DNA of 64,000 nucleotides from the human T2T-CHM13v2.0 reference genome, Homo sapiens, in NCBI RefSeq assembly GCF_009914755.1, contig NC_060938.1. One strand, written 5' to 3'. Under the pieces are notes generated by a model. It ran no database searches, had not been told where the DNA came from, and worked only from the letters and a program-made list of their open reading frames with translations. Each line of letters begins with the position of its first letter. Within the stretch, counting starts at the first letter, position 1. The position numbers and the translations under genes are program-made. Shown one piece after another: positions 15,318-31,119 of this stretch.

Positions 15318-16984
15318 TCAGAACTAGACAGGTCAGGGCCAGATTTACCAAAGTTTTCTGAGAAAGGGTAATAATGAATGCCTGGCATCTGACTCAAACC
15401 CCAGGGAAGAAAGCAGGCAGGGAAAGAAATGCTGGAGTAGGGGAGAGAACTAGAAGCAGAAATGTTAGAGAAAATGTATTCACTGTTCCCAAATTTTTGT
15501 GATTAATTTTATTATTATTATTTTTTAAAACCTAGAAGTACATATAATGAGAATGATCAGCAGAAGGCCTTCAAATGAATATGGATGCTGTTAAATATTT
15601 CATGTAGGATCTTTGAGCTTTTGGTTTTCTTTCATAAATATACATATACATATACATATATACACGTATAAATATATATATACACACACATATATATAAA
15701 GTACTTTGAGTTGCTGTTTTACCTATAGTTTTTTTTTAAGAAAAAAGAAAAAATTTACATCTTATTGGAAAATAGTTGCAAAAGGCTACAGAACTCAATC
15801 TATGTACTGGCATTGATTTATAATTATTAGCAATATTTCATGGAGAACAAAATACTTCAGCAAAAAGTCAGTAGATGGCAAACTTCTACAACCCTTAGGT
15901 TGAAGAAGGCCTGTAATATGTACTGGGGGTTCTTGTTTCTTTTGGGGTATGAGTGGTGGTTGACTTATGTGTGTGTATGTGTGGTATGTTGCAAAACACA
16001 CTGATTGAAAAATAAGTCCTTTTTCAAACAGCTATGAAGACATTTACCAATTAAGCTAAATAAGTATGCATTAAAATCAGCTGGTCAATCAATCTTTCTT
16101 GAAGATCCCATGTAAGTGCCGTGGTTATCTCAGTCCCTGAGGAAGGGAGGTTGAAATAGAAGCTTCTTAAATTCCTCTTCAGTCCTAGTAATCTGTGATT
16201 TGAGGTGTTCCATCTTGACCCTGAGTCTTACTTTTCCTTAATAAGCCTCCCAATGTATTATGAACTGGAAGTAGATTTAGAAGGTTCCCAACTTTACACT
16301 GGTGGGGTAATGCTTGAATTTTATTTTTGGAAGAAAATTTTTAGGGAAAATGTTGAAGGATAACAGGAACATTTGAGTAAGTTCATTGGAGCACAAATAA
16401 TATAATACTGTAAAATCACCTTCTGTGTCTTTACTGAAAACCTAGATTTGATGTTGACATCTTTTTTTTTTTTTTAAATTCAAGGAATCCCAAAATGTAG
16501 AGTTTATGCTAATAAATTATCGGGCAAAATTATTTCTTCATTTATTCTCTTAGAAAGTAAAATAAATTATCTCCAGAGCTAATAAGCACTGTAAATGTTC
16601 TCCTCTCAATCTCCTCCATCACTGTCACATTATTCTTTGATAGGACCGCACCATTACTGTCCTTCACACGTGTGATGTGTTAGAGAGGTAGCCAGTCCCT
16701 TAGTATCCATTTAGTAGTGGACATTTGTCTTTAGTCAGTATCCTTGAATCCCTTCTTTGAGAAATGACCATTCCTAAATCCATGTGATTCTGGCCAGACT
16801 CAATCATGTGGTCCTGCCATCGCAAAGGGTGGGGATATGACTCTTCATGGCTATCAGATTCCTTTTCAGGGATTTATTTTCATGCTGGGGGTCGGGGGCA
16901 TGAAATGTACCTTTTATTTCTGTTCTTCCTAAATTGGAAGGATATATAACTTTGGCTGCTAATGACAATCATGGCTGTTATATG

Positions 16985-19330
16985 TTCTTAAGTTTATTTT
17001 GTCTAGTATTAATATGCTCACTGCAGCTTTTTTGGGATTAGTGTTGGCATGTTATATCTTTTTCTGTTTTTTTCTTTTAACCTATTTGTGTTTTTACATT
17101 TAAATTGTGTTTCTTATAGATAGCATATAGCTGCTTCTTGCTCTTTTTTCCAATTCAACCATCTCTGCATTTAAATTGTGTTTTTGACCATTTACATTTA
17201 ATATGATTATTTATATAGTTGAGTTTTGTTTTATTTTGTTTTTAATTTTTTTATTTTAATAGAGACAGAGTCTTACCATGTTGCCCAGGCTGATCTTGAA
17301 CTCCTGGGCTCAAGTGATCCTCCTGCCTCGGCCTCCCAAAGTGCTAGGATTATAGGCTGAGCCATTGTGCCTGGCTGATATAGTTGGGTTCAAATCTGTC
17401 ATCTTACTATTTGGGTTTATTTATTTATTTTTATCTCTTCTCTTTTTTCCACTCTCTTCCACTTTTTCTGCCTTTTTTTGGATTGAGTATTTTTTATGAT
17501 TTGATTTTGTCTCCTCTTATTAGCTTATTAGTTATTAGCTATGCCTTTTTTTAAGTGGTTGCTATAGCATCTGTAGTATACTTTTTAAGTGTATTACAGT
17601 CTATATTCAAGTAATATTATATCACTCATGAAAGAGACAACCTGCAGAATGGGAGAAAATAGTTGCAAATATATATCAGATAAGGAGTTAATAGCCAAAA
17701 TATAGAAGGGACTCAATAAACTCAATAGCAAGAAAACCTGATTAAAAAATGAGAAAAGAACATGAGTAGACATTTCTCAAAAGAAGACATGTAAATTGCT
17801 AACAGGTATATGAAAAAATGCTCTGTATCACAAATCATCAGTGAAATGCAAATTAAAACTAAAATAAGATATTACCCTATACCTCTTAGAATGTTTGTTA
17901 TCAAAAAGACAAGAGATAACAAGTGCTGGCAGGGATCTGATGAAAAGGGAACACTTGCACACTATTGATGGGAATGTAAATTAGTATAGCCATTATGGAA
18001 AATAGTATGGCGGTTCCTCAAAAATTTAAAAATAGAACTACCTTATGATCCAGCAATGCTACTACTTGGTATATATCCAAAGTATATGAAATCAGCAAAT
18101 CAGTATGTTGAAAAGATATCTGCACTCCCATGTTCACAGCAGGATTATTCACAGTAACCAAAATGCAGAATCAACCTAAGTGTTCATCAATGGATAGATG
18201 AATAAAGAAAATGTGGTTTATATACATGATGGAACACTATTGAATCTCAAAAATAAAGGAAATCCTGAAAAGACATTATGTTATGTGAAATAAGCTAAGC
18301 ACAGAGAGACAAACACTGCATGATCTCACTTATGTGTGGAATCTAAAAAGGTTAAACTCCTAAAAGCATAGAGTAGAATGTTGATAACCAGGGGCTGGGT
18401 GGAGGATGGGGGTTGAGAAGATGTTGGACAAAGGATAAAAAATTTCAGTTAGATATGAGAAATAAGTTCAAGAGATCTCTTGTACAACATGATGACTACA
18501 ATTAATAACAATGTACTGCCTTCTTGAAGATTGCTGAGAGTAGGTTTTAAGTATTCTCACCACAAAAAATGATGTGAGGTAATAATGCATATGTTAATTA
18601 GCTTGATTTAGCAATTCCATATTGTATACATATTTCAAAACATCATGTTGTGTACAATATATACATACATTTTTAATTTGTCAATTAAAAAATAAATTTT
18701 AAAAAGATTGTCCTAGCAATGTGGGTATAAAAGTCTTATAACAATATACTTCCATTTCCCTCTTCCTGGCCTTTATACTATTGACATACATGTTACTTCC
18801 ACATATCTATTATAAAACTCATAATAAATTGTTAGTTTGCTTTAAACAGTTAATTAGTATCATGTGTACCCCATAAATATGTACAGCTTTTATTTATCAG
18901 TAAAAAAGTTGAATCAACTTTATTGAGGTGCTATAGTGTAGATATCCTATTATTTTTCAATCATTACTATAGGTTAACATTAATGTTAATTCAAATTTCT
19001 ATTTTAAATAGAAAAGTATTTACCCACATATTTATTATTTCTAGCGTGCTTTATTTTTTCTGATATCATTTTCATTCTGTCTAAAGATCTTTGCTTACAT
19101 TATTTCTAATGCTGGTTGGCTGTTAATGAATTATTTTAGATTTTGTATGTTTAGAAAAGTCTTCACTTTGCCTTATTTACAAAACATACTTTCTCTACGT
19201 GTGAAATTCTAGGTCGATTTTTTTTTTTTTTTTAGTACTTTAAGGATATTGCCCTATTGCCTTCTATCTTCAATTGTTTTGATGAAAAGCCTGCTATCAT
19301 TATTCTCTTTGTTTTTCTGTATATAATGTC
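16985..19330 (-). mobile_element. Old L1MC/ME-like element, interrupted by a FLAM (~17225-17375), an L1MA and a 143-bp templated insert
   Basis: L1M-like text (ttgaccatttacatttaatatgattatt; aagtggttgct; gctttaaacagttaatta) continues across the insertions. Confidence 0.6.
17630..18705 (+). mobile_element. L1MA 3' portion
   Basis: ORF2 C-terminal region (gacaacctgcagaatgggag...ctaccttatgatccagcaat) plus L1MA 3'UTR and A-rich end. Confidence 0.85.
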
Positions 19331-19838
19331 GGTTTTCTAAAGGAGGGAATTATTAGATAAGCTTTTCATGGTTTACTCCTTTCTTTCAAATTCTTGGAGA
19401 TTTCCTCAGACAAGTTTTTCAGCTCATTAATTACTCCTTAGTTTATTTCCCCAAAAGGTAAAATTACTCCTGCAATCACCCATCTATCCCTTCATTTAAA
19501 ACAATGGTAATTGAGTTTATGTTGCATCTGGCATATGGCAGGAATATCTGTTTTGCTATACCTTTTTAAAATCACTGAATATTACTAATTTTAAAAAACG
19601 TCATTACATGCTATAGTATTTAATTATTCTCCAATATAGTTCTTTAGGATTTTTATTTTATTCCTTGCATTTAACTCAGTAATTTATTTGGAGTCTATTT
19701 TGCTAGCTGAGTGAGATAAAGTTTCTACTTTAAAATTATATTTTTCATTTTCAAAACATCTATTGTTTTTTTTTGACAAATACATTTGTTAAACTATTTG
19801 TGGTTCTTCTAACTCAAATTATAATTTTATGCATATAA

Positions 19839-20167
<329 letters not shown>

Positions 20168-21109
20168 AGTTATTCCTAGTATTAAGCTAACTTTTAGTTC
20201 TTGTCTTAATATCAAAAATTATCTTCATTAATTCATTTAAAATTATTTTGTCTTATACATAGGCAATTCCTGCACATGATACAAAACTCAAAAGGCACAG
20301 AAGGATTTTGTATGAAAACATAGTCTCCCTCCAACTTCTCCCCTGACTTCCCAGTTTTCCTCCTTGGAGCCAATCACTATTATCATTTTCTTGTATATTC
20401 CTTTGGGGAAATTCTGTGTGTAAACAACCATATATGTCATATATTTTATAGATGATATAGATTATTTCTCTTTTCCTCTTTCTTTTATGCAAAAGTATAT
20501 GCTATACCATATATATTCTCTGCAAGTTGTTGTTTTGCTCAAAAATATCTTTGCTCATCTGCATTGTTTTATTTTTTACAGCTATATTGTATTCCATTGT
20601 ATAGTTGTTTATTTAACCAGTTTCCTACTGATAGATATTAGGATTATTACCAATATTTTATGATTACAAAAAACACTGCAACACTTATCTTTGAATAAAT
20701 GTCATTTTGTTCATGTGGATATATCTGTAGGACAAATTCCAAAAGCAGAATTACTGGGGCAAAGAGTACTTGACCTTAAAATTTTGATAGCTATTTCAAA
20801 ATATTTTCCATAAAGGATTAACACATTTATGTAGTTCCAATAGGTAGGTCAAGTCCCCTCATCATTATTTCATTATTTCTTTCCATAATGTTTTTATTAA
20901 TCTACCTGTATATGCTCCTAGATGAATTTGGAATTCTTGTTTTCAAGCTTCACCCTCTCTCCAGTCCCACTGGGAATTAATATCCTGCAAATATTCTAAA
21001 TTTCAAAACCCAGGAACTAGTTTTTCTTTTCATTTATTTGTCTTTCTTAACAATGTCTTGTAGTTTTCTTCACATAAGTTTTATACATTTTTGTTAGGAT
21101 CAGTCCTAA

Positions 21110-21464
<355 letters not shown>

Positions 21465-21592
21465 ATTTTATGCTTTTTCATATGACTGATTATTGTGGGC
21501 CATTTTTGTGCATCTTTTTGCTATCTTATGCATTGGAAATTCAGACACATTTTCTTTGAGATGGCTACTTGATTTGTGGGCTTCTGTTCAGT

Positions 21593-22147
21593 CCAAACCT
21601 AAGTGCCCATCAGTGGATGAATGGATAAAGAAAATATGGTATATATACACAGTGGAATACTATTCAGCCATAAAAAGAAGAAAATTCTGTCATTTTGCAG
21701 CAACATGTATAGGACTGGAAGACATTATGTTAAGTGCAATAAGCCAGGCTCAGAAAGACAAATATTGCATGTTTTCACTCATATGTGGGAGTTTAAAAAG
21801 TTGATCTCATGGAGGCTGAGAGTAGAATGGCGGTTACCAGAGGCTAGGAAAGTGGGAGGGGGATGAAGAGAGGCTGGTTAATGGGTACAAAAATACAGTT
21901 AGATAGAAGAAACAAGTTCTAGTGTTTGATAGCACAGTAGGGTGATTATTTGTTAACAGTAATTTATTGTATATTTCAAAATAGCCAGAAGAGAAGATTT
22001 AGAATGATCCTGACACAAAGAAATAACAAATGTGTAAACTGGTGAATATCCCAGTTATCTTGATTTGACCACTGCACATTGCATGGATATATGAAAGTAT
22101 CATGTGTACCCCATAAATATGTACAACTTTTATTTATCAGTAAAAAA
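21593..22147 (+). mobile_element. L1MA 3' end
   Basis: ORF2 end KPKCPSVDEWIKKIWYIYTVEYYSAIK...; 3'UTR ending taccccataaatatgtacaac. Confidence 0.85.
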
Positions 22148-22542
22148 GTTGAATCAACTTTATTGAGGCGCTATAGTGTAGATATCCTATTATTTTTCAA
22201 TCATCACTATAGGTTAACATTAATGTTAATTCAAATTTTATGCTGCTGTAATTAACTTGCAACCCTAGTTTCCGATAACAAAATTCAGGCTCTTGAGGGA
22301 GAAGAAGGCTTTTGCATTTTAAAACCTTCTCTTTAGATATTAACAGCCACAGCCTGGAAGTCTGAGAACACAGAGGACATAGTGTTTATGTTGTAAACGT
22401 AGGGCAAAGAGGTGGCAAGATGATGACTCATGAACAGGCTTCCTACCACACCAAGAAGAAATAATTTCTTCTTGGGTTGGAAGAAACTGAGAGAAGAAAG
22501 CAAGAGAGCTTTGAAACTAATGTGGAACCTGGCCTTTCCTTT

Positions 22543-22555
22543 GGTTCAAAGTCCA
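22543..22555 (+). promoter_or_regulatory. HNF4-type DR1 element
   Basis: GGTTCA-A-AGTCCA contains the HNF4-specific core CAAAGTCCA. Confidence 0.45.
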
Positions 22556-22773
22556 AGAGGAGGAGCTTATCCTGATTCAGTAAGTTAGGTTTAGAGGACC
22601 ATGCTGGAGCCATTGATTGGTTGCCGCCCATGCTATGAGTATAGTTAAATATTTTGACTATCGCTCCTGCCCTTAGGAATATTTGTTGATCTAACAGCAG
22701 AAAAGCTTCTGTCTCTGACTGCAAGCTGGACAGAAACATATGTTTTCGAGTGTCTTCTTTAAGAAAAAGTGTA

Positions 22774-22910
22774 GGCCAGGCATGATGACTCATGCTTGTA
22801 GTCCCAGCACTTTGGAAGGCTGAGGCAGGAGGATTGCTTGAGCCCAGGGGTTCAAGACTAGCTTGGGCAACATAGGGAGACCCTCATGTCTACCAAAAAA
22901 GAAAAAAAGG
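22774..22910 (+). mobile_element. FLAM / Alu left monomer
   Basis: ggccaggcatg...ggattgcttgagccc...A-rich tail. Confidence 0.8.
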
Positions 22911-23454
22911 AAAAAAGAATAAAAATTCTGAATATAAAATTGGAACTGAAAGCAATATTTATTATGAGAAAAAAGTTTTGTTTATAAATTTTACAAAGTT
23001 GACAAATACCACAAATGTCACAGAAAACAGAAATACAATATAGTATTTCTATTAATTAACTGCCCGATGTACCACAGACTGACTAGCTTTTGGCATTGCA
23101 TATTTAGAACTTCATCTCCCCTCCACTACTTCCATACTTCCAGTGCCAGGTGCTGCAGGGTACGTTCATATTGCAACACAATCCCTGGTCTCACATCTCT
23201 GGATGAGTCAGTGGGCAGCTGAGGTGTGCCTCCAAGCCATTCCTTCATCACAATGGTTACAGATAACAACTACACATGGAAGGGACTGGGAATCACGTAA
23301 TATATCCCACTATACCCCAACTGAGTATAGCCCCAATTGGACTTCCCTTTGGCCAGATTCTGAGAGCTGCTGGTACTTTTCACATACTACCCAAGGGGAA
23401 GGAAGTGTGACAGAGGGGAAATTGGAGGGGAAAACATGATAGCCTTTATAAACC

Positions 23455-24138
<684 letters not shown>

Positions 24139-24169
24139 ACTTTTGCACATTTTACAAAAACATGTAACC

Positions 24170-24595
24170 AAGTTGTAGTAAGCTCTTGGCGCCCCCATCG
24201 TATCCCCACAGGCCTTAATTTGGCTTGGCTTTTACCAGCATCTGTATCTGTGAGCCTGAGAACTTCTCTCCACAGATAGACCTGAGGATACATGGCATTT
24301 AAGAAGTACCAGATAATTAATTCTTCTTCCCTCATGCTCTGGCAGCCATCAACCAATGACTGACTAAAGGTGGTGTATCAGACCCCAGCATACTTCTTCT
24401 ATAGATGAGATAACTTTGAGGCACAGAATTCCCCAGCAGGATTAAGCCTGGTACCCAGAATAGTAACTTCCTTGATTATGCCCCTTGATTGGCAGCTTTC
24501 CCTGTCTCACTTTACTCCTCTACTGGTATTTCGTGGCATCAGCTCCAACATAAACTGCTTGCATTTCATCCTTGTCTGCTCCTGGAGAACTGTAA
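24170..24595 (+). mobile_element. LTR16-like ERVL solo LTR
   Basis: gcagccatcaaccaatgactgac...gaattccccagcaggattaagc...ataaactgcttgca...tctgctcctggagaac. Confidence 0.55.
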
Positions 24596-25789
24596 TGAAA
24601 ACTCATGTAAATGATTTGCTAGTGCTCCTCCCAGGGCAGAGGACTGTGTGCACGAGGGGCCTTGAAGCTGAAGCTTCCTGAGCTTCATGGTACGTTGCCT
24701 CCACCTGTTTGCTACTTCAGGAGGGCAACATCTGTGGACTACAGCACAGTAATAATGGCAGCAAGACATGTTTTGGTAGAGAGTGCCTGAGATAGGCCCC
24801 TCATCTCCCTGCCCCATAGGTTATGGAGAATATTTAAGAAGTTTCCAAGGCTTCCAAAGCAGAGTAGGGGGAGGGGAGCTGAGAATTGAGAGCCATGGGG
24901 ATTTCTTAGCACAGCATGAGGCATGGACAGCCTACCTTAGGGACTGTATAGAAGATATAGTTGATTATTTAAGGATGAGTCACACCCTCTAGACTGAGGT
25001 GGTGACCATCTCAGCAGGAGAAAACCACTGGGCTTCTTCCTGAGCAATCATTACACAAGGCTAGTGCTGAGAGTATGGTGGGAAGTGACACCAGCCAGGG
25101 AGGTTGGGGTAGATGCTCAGGAGAGAAAGGCCGATGCCCAAGATCATCAAGATGGGTATCGTTCAGTCGATGCCAGTTTGGACAAAGGATGGCACCAATG
25201 AGCTATTCCCCACATGCCCCCAGGATAGCACCATAATCAAGGCCTGTGTGTCTTCCCCCAGCCATGGACCCTGGCTGGGGAGGAAAAAGGGAGAGTGGGA
25301 GAGAATCCTGAGGGTGCACTTCAAGCCAGGAGTGACAAAAGTACCCTGGATTGGTAAGAGCACAGTTTTCAATAGTAATGGAAAGGGGAGCTTGAGACTT
25401 GGAGTTACAGAGAAAGGATATTCCAAGATAGTGTACCCTGAGACATCTCCCTTGTGATCGGTGAACTCACTATTTACCCTTGAGCATTTGTCTTTGCACA
25501 GTGTTCTGTTGGATAAATTCCGAGAAATGGTTTGCAAAAGCTGTTGATTTTAAAATATAGTTCTTTTATCCAACACCCATTTAATTCCATTATTAAATCA
25601 AAAAATGTTTCAGTTGATTCCCTTGGGTAGTCCAGCCATATAATTACTTCCCCTGCTAATTGTGATGCATTTATTTTCATGGTTCCGTAGTTGTGTACTT
25701 CTGGCTTTTGTTCTGTCTTGTTGAACTGATTAGACTTCTAGAACCACTCTCACACACAAAATCTTATTTTATTCCTAATTTCAATGGTA

Positions 25790-26220
25790 ATAACATTGTT
25801 TGGTAACTAGTGTGTATTGAGCAGTTATTATGTGTCAGGCATTGTTCTAAGCACTTTATGTGTATTATCTTATTTCATTGCCACAACACACTGTTAGGTT
25901 GGCATTATCCTTTTCCCCATTTTACAGTGAGGATGCTGGCCAGACAGGTGAAATAATTACCTAAGAGAGGGATTGGCCAAGCTGGGCTGTGACTTCTGGC
26001 TCCAGAGCCTGGTGGGTCTTACTTCTAGCCAGTTGTGTCAGTAAATGCTTAATATCAGCTTTCTGAAAAAAGCCCTGATCTGCAACATTCACTAATTTTT
26101 CTGGTGTAAATGTTCCCACCATGGCCGGCATGGCATCACTGAACACAGATTGGGAAGAGATCCTCATGGTTCCTTTTGAGAGCCGGTGCTGGCCACTCAT
26201 GCCGATTCCAGCACACCACA
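25790..26220. mobile_element. MIR followed by a MER63-like hAT fragment
   Basis: MIR core (tccccatttacagtgagga...); ccagttgtgtcagtaaatgcttaa...ccagcacaccac termini. Confidence 0.55.
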
Positions 26221-28511
26221 GCCTCTGCTGTTGTGTCATGAGGCAAGGAGGTGGCTGCTGCTTAAGATATCTATTAGTTGAAGTTGTTTGATTTTAAGAA
26301 GCAGAAATCGGTTGGAGCTGGCCCAAGCAGAAAGCACAATTTATGATAGGGATACAGTCTCAGAATGAAGGGCAGGGGGCAGCAGGGCCTTGGGAAGGAC
26401 TGGGAATGAGGAACAGATGTACTGTCAGGCCTCAGTGGGTCTCTCTGGTTCTTTGCTACAGGTCAGCATTCTCTGCATCTCTGGCCTACAGGGCAGAGCA
26501 CTGCCACCCATTGCTCCTGAGCTTCCTCGCTGAGCTTCCTGCCACCAGCAGAAACCAAGGCCCTCTCTGATTGCTCAGTGGGTCCAGGGTCAGCCCCAGG
26601 TCAGCTAGCTATGGCCATGTGACTTTAGTGGGTCTGTTTGCCTTTGTTCATGATTATATTGGAGATATCAGTCTAGACCACAAGTATTCCTTTCTGACTC
26701 TAAAACTGTATTACACTTCAAACCCATTGTCATACCATGCTCCTCTGGGCTTCTCACATCTGGGCCCTGACCAGCTTTCTGACATCATCCCTGTTTGTCT
26801 CTCCTTTGGTCGCTCTGTCATTCTGGCCTTCTTGTTGGCTCTTGAACCTTATAAGCTCATTCTTGTCTCAGGACCTTTGCACCTGCTCTTCTGGTGTTTG
26901 TAAAGCCTGTTCCATGGATCTTCTCATGGTTCACACCTTCCCTTCATTCATGGTTTTTCCTCAGAGTCTCTCCCTGAGCATCCTGCCTCAAGCAGTTCAC
27001 TCCATCCCTGCCTACCCTGTTATCTGATTTATTTTTCTTAATCATGCTTAACATTACATTAAGTTGTATTATCTTGTACTTGACTATCTGCTCGTGATCT
27101 CCCCCACTGGAATGTAACCCATGGGTCCAGGGACTTTGTCTTGTTGATGGCTATATTCTCAGCATCTGCAACAGTACTTGGCATGTAGTAATACTCAAAC
27201 CCACTCATTGAATGCATGATTAAATGATACACAAATGAATGAATTGCAGACTTATTATAAAGTACATATCTTTAAAAAATCCTTAACTATTGACTTAGTT
27301 TCCAATTGTGTTATTGTGTATTCTGTACTTGAATGAAATAGCATTTCTCTTAAAATGAGATGTAATTCAGATTTTTAATGGTCGGACCTTCCATAACCTA
27401 CCCTTTAGCATACTTTCTCCGAAGCCTTCCCTGTAGCAATCTAAATTGGTGAGGTTTTGCAGTAATATGTGGAAATAGGCTTTTATTGTTTATTCAAGGC
27501 AGAAAATAGTTGATGTTAATTATAATTTGATGACCATTATGTTTCTGTGGTAAGAAAGGGAGGGGCACAAAGAGCTGGGGTTCTATTTTCTGTTTTTAAA
27601 GGCTCTATGTAAGCAGAAAACATTATCCATTTGTTCACAAGTCTATTTCATAGGTGACTCCTACAAAAGTTACGTTTAGTTAAATCCCAGTATAGTAACT
27701 CTGAATTATCATCAAAATAAGTACGTGATGAAAAACAACACTCTGCCTGAAAAAAAATTGAGAAAAATATATTTCCAAAAGTATTCAAGCAAAAAAAGAT
27801 ATTTCTCTTTCTAATGAAAAATTCAGAGCAAGAAGGAAAATATTATTTTCACAAGAGGAAGTATGAATTTAGTCCTAGACAAGCCTATTTTCTTTCCAAA
27901 GCTGGAGAGATTTTCAGCTGAAGAAAATTGACAGCTTTACCTCTAGGCTGAATTTTATAGCTTTTATCAGCAACAGCTGGTTTTATGATGGCCGTACATT
28001 GCCCTGAACAAATTCGAGATTAACTGTAGGATTGGTGTTCTCAGAAAATTACTTACAAAATGAACATTTCTCTTACTGTTTTGTGAAGCTCCAGGCCTAA
28101 TGTCCTTAACTTTAAAAAACTATCTCAGAAGTTCTTTCTTTTATAGCTAGAAGGTGATATAATCTGGTAAAATAGAATGTTCTTATTGCTAAAGCTGTAA
28201 TTTTCAAACTTAGCTGTGTGATAGATTCACCTGGAAGCTTAAAAAAAAAAAACTCAACCACCCAATGCCAGAGCTCTACTCCAACCCAATTAAATCAAAA
28301 GGTGGGGCCCAGAAATCTTGGTTGTTATTAGTTTTTGATCATTGACAGGTGATTCTAACCTGTCGCCAGCATCGAGAACTGCTACCCTTGAGTCCTTGTC
28401 ACATTGTGCAACTGAGCTACCTGCTACCCTTGAGTCTTTGTCACAGTGTGCAACTGATCCACCCTGGATGGGGCTTTTCAGTGGGGATGCTCACCTATGC
28501 TGCCCCCAGGC

Positions 28512-28853
28512 CAGGGGTCTCCAACCCCTGGGCTGTGGACAGGTGCTGGTCTGGTCCATGGCCTGTTAGGAACTGGGCCGTACACAAGAGGTGAGTGGTG
28601 GGCAATGGAGCATTACTGCCTGAGCTCCCCCTCCTGTCAGGTCAGCAGAGGCATTAGATTCTCATAGGAGTGTGAACCCTATTGTGAACTACACAGGCAA
28701 GGGATCTAAGCTGGATGCTCCTTATGAGAATCTCATGCCTGATGATCTGAGGTGGAACAGTTTCGTCCTGAAACCATCCCCTGTCTCACCCATCTGTGGA
28801 AAAATTGTCTTTCACAAAACTGGTCCCTGGTGCTGAAAGGTTGGGGACTGATT
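28512..28853 (+). mobile_element. MER1B (hAT-Charlie)
   Basis: Termini caggggtctccaacccc ... ggttggggactg; body gcattagattctcataggag...gatgatctgaggtggaacag. Confidence 0.85.
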
Positions 28854-29761
28854 CCCTAGGCCAAATTGGGAAGACAGTTAAGGTTTCCTTTACTCTCTCA
28901 TCTGCCTTTCTTCTGTGCTTTTATCCTCCCTTTGCCTGCAGTTCGGCTATCAGTTAAGCTATTCCTTGCTAAAAGATAATTCCACAAAGCTCTCACCCTT
29001 TCTAGTGTACTATTACCTCTTCCCCACTCCTCCCAAAAGGAACCACACCATGTAATGCAAAAGAAATACAGAGTGCTGTGTAATGTAGTTGGTGAGTTGG
29101 AAGTAAAATTGAGGAAAGGAGGGAAGAGTCCTTGGCTTCTATCAGGTCACTTTTGGTAAACAATAGTCTACTCCAAAGGGAAGTTCTGCTAGGTGACTCT
29201 GGCAACTTACTTAACCTTTCTGTGTCCCAATTTCCTCATCTTTAAGATGGGGATGATATTAATACTGACCTACAAAATCATTATGAGGATTAAATAGGTA
29301 AAATATTTGAAGAGTACTGGCCCACAATAAACAGGAAATGCATGTTGGCAATTATTACTATAATTATTACTCCTTTAAAATCCTTGAATTCATAACTGCA
29401 TTATAAGGAGTTCTACATGGAGCTGGCTAATAAACAGAGAAGGCATTAGGATGGATTTTTCTTTGGAAGCTAACACACTCTGATAGTTTTGAAAAGTATT
29501 TTGAGCTATGGCATCCTTATTGGCATATACACATAGTTCCTGTATCCCAAGGCAATGCTTAATTTTGGCCATTCATTTAGATGTATAAACGGCAACAGCT
29601 TTTGCAAGAAAAAGTCATTTTCTTTACTATATAATCAACCTTGTCTATCCAAGACTCCTGGGAGATGATGGAAATGAGGGTGAGCAACTGCATAGCTGGA
29701 GAGAAACAAGTGTTTCTCTAATTGACTAGTCAACTCAACACATTCATTAATTCAGCAAACA

Positions 29762-29767
29762 TTTAAT
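29762..29767 (-). terminator. Candidate distal polyadenylation signal ATTAAA inside an L2 3' end
   Basis: Plus strand tttaat within cattcattaattcagcaaacatttaatga, an L2-terminus-like motif. Confidence 0.4.
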
Positions 29768-30691
29768 GATAAACTCTTTGCCAGCTGTCCTGCTAGGAAG
29801 CAGGAATACCATACAAAGAAGACATGGTTTATGCCCTCATGTAGCTCACAGTTCATTAAGCTTGTGGAAGTGGGTTTCGTGAAATTGAATTTTAAGTCAC
29901 ATAACAGAATGGTGAAGACGTGCCTTTGGCTCCACTAATTTTAGTGTTCAAAGTTATCCATCCCATTTTTTGTGTTTTAAGCCTTCCAAATTGACCACAA
30001 TAAGTGAGGACACCATGAATAGGTTGGATTTGTTTATCCTCTCAAGGATCTCATTTTTTCTAGAAAGCTGGCTAGTCAAACAATGCATGCTTTCTTTTGG
30101 TGGAAATATGCTTCTTACCTACCACAGAAAAAGTAAGAAGACTACTCACAAAGAACTGGGAATAGATATGGCCTGGGACAATCTAATAGCCTTCTGTCCT
30201 TGGAAGAAACATGAATTTTTATCACCTGACATCTCAGGCTTGTTATCTTCTTAGTTTCTGATGTGAATGCATTGAATGTCAAATTGAAGTGGTGTTTTCC
30301 TCTATTTTTTTCTGTTTTTGGAGTCTTCCCATATAAGGCACAAAAGGGCCTTTTTGTTTTGCTTTGTTTTAAAGCTTTAATAAATTCTTGGAAGATTCTG
30401 GATTGCTTGAAATTATTTTTAGATTATGCTAAACATGGAGCTGCATTTTACACAAAAGTTCTTAAAAATTGTCCCAAAAGCTAATTTTTCCAAGTGGAAT
30501 AACTTTAGAATTGAACATTTATAAGATTCGCTTTATGTTTTAAGGAGCTCTAAAATCTACATCATAATCTAAGAAGTCTTAATTTTGAACTTTAATTCAC
30601 AACGATCTTCTACACGTGACATTATCTCACGTGTATCCTGTAGGCTCTCTGTTACGGTTAGCTCACTAGAAAGTGACCTAAGTGAGCTTAG

Positions 30692-31102
<411 letters not shown>

Positions 31103-31119
31103 TAATTTTCTTTTTAAAA

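Noticed and set aside
24720-25560. Overlapping 114/124-aa ORFs as a possible processed pseudogene
   Set aside because: No recognisable protein, poly-A or TSD; more likely a decayed LTR-type repeat or unique DNA.
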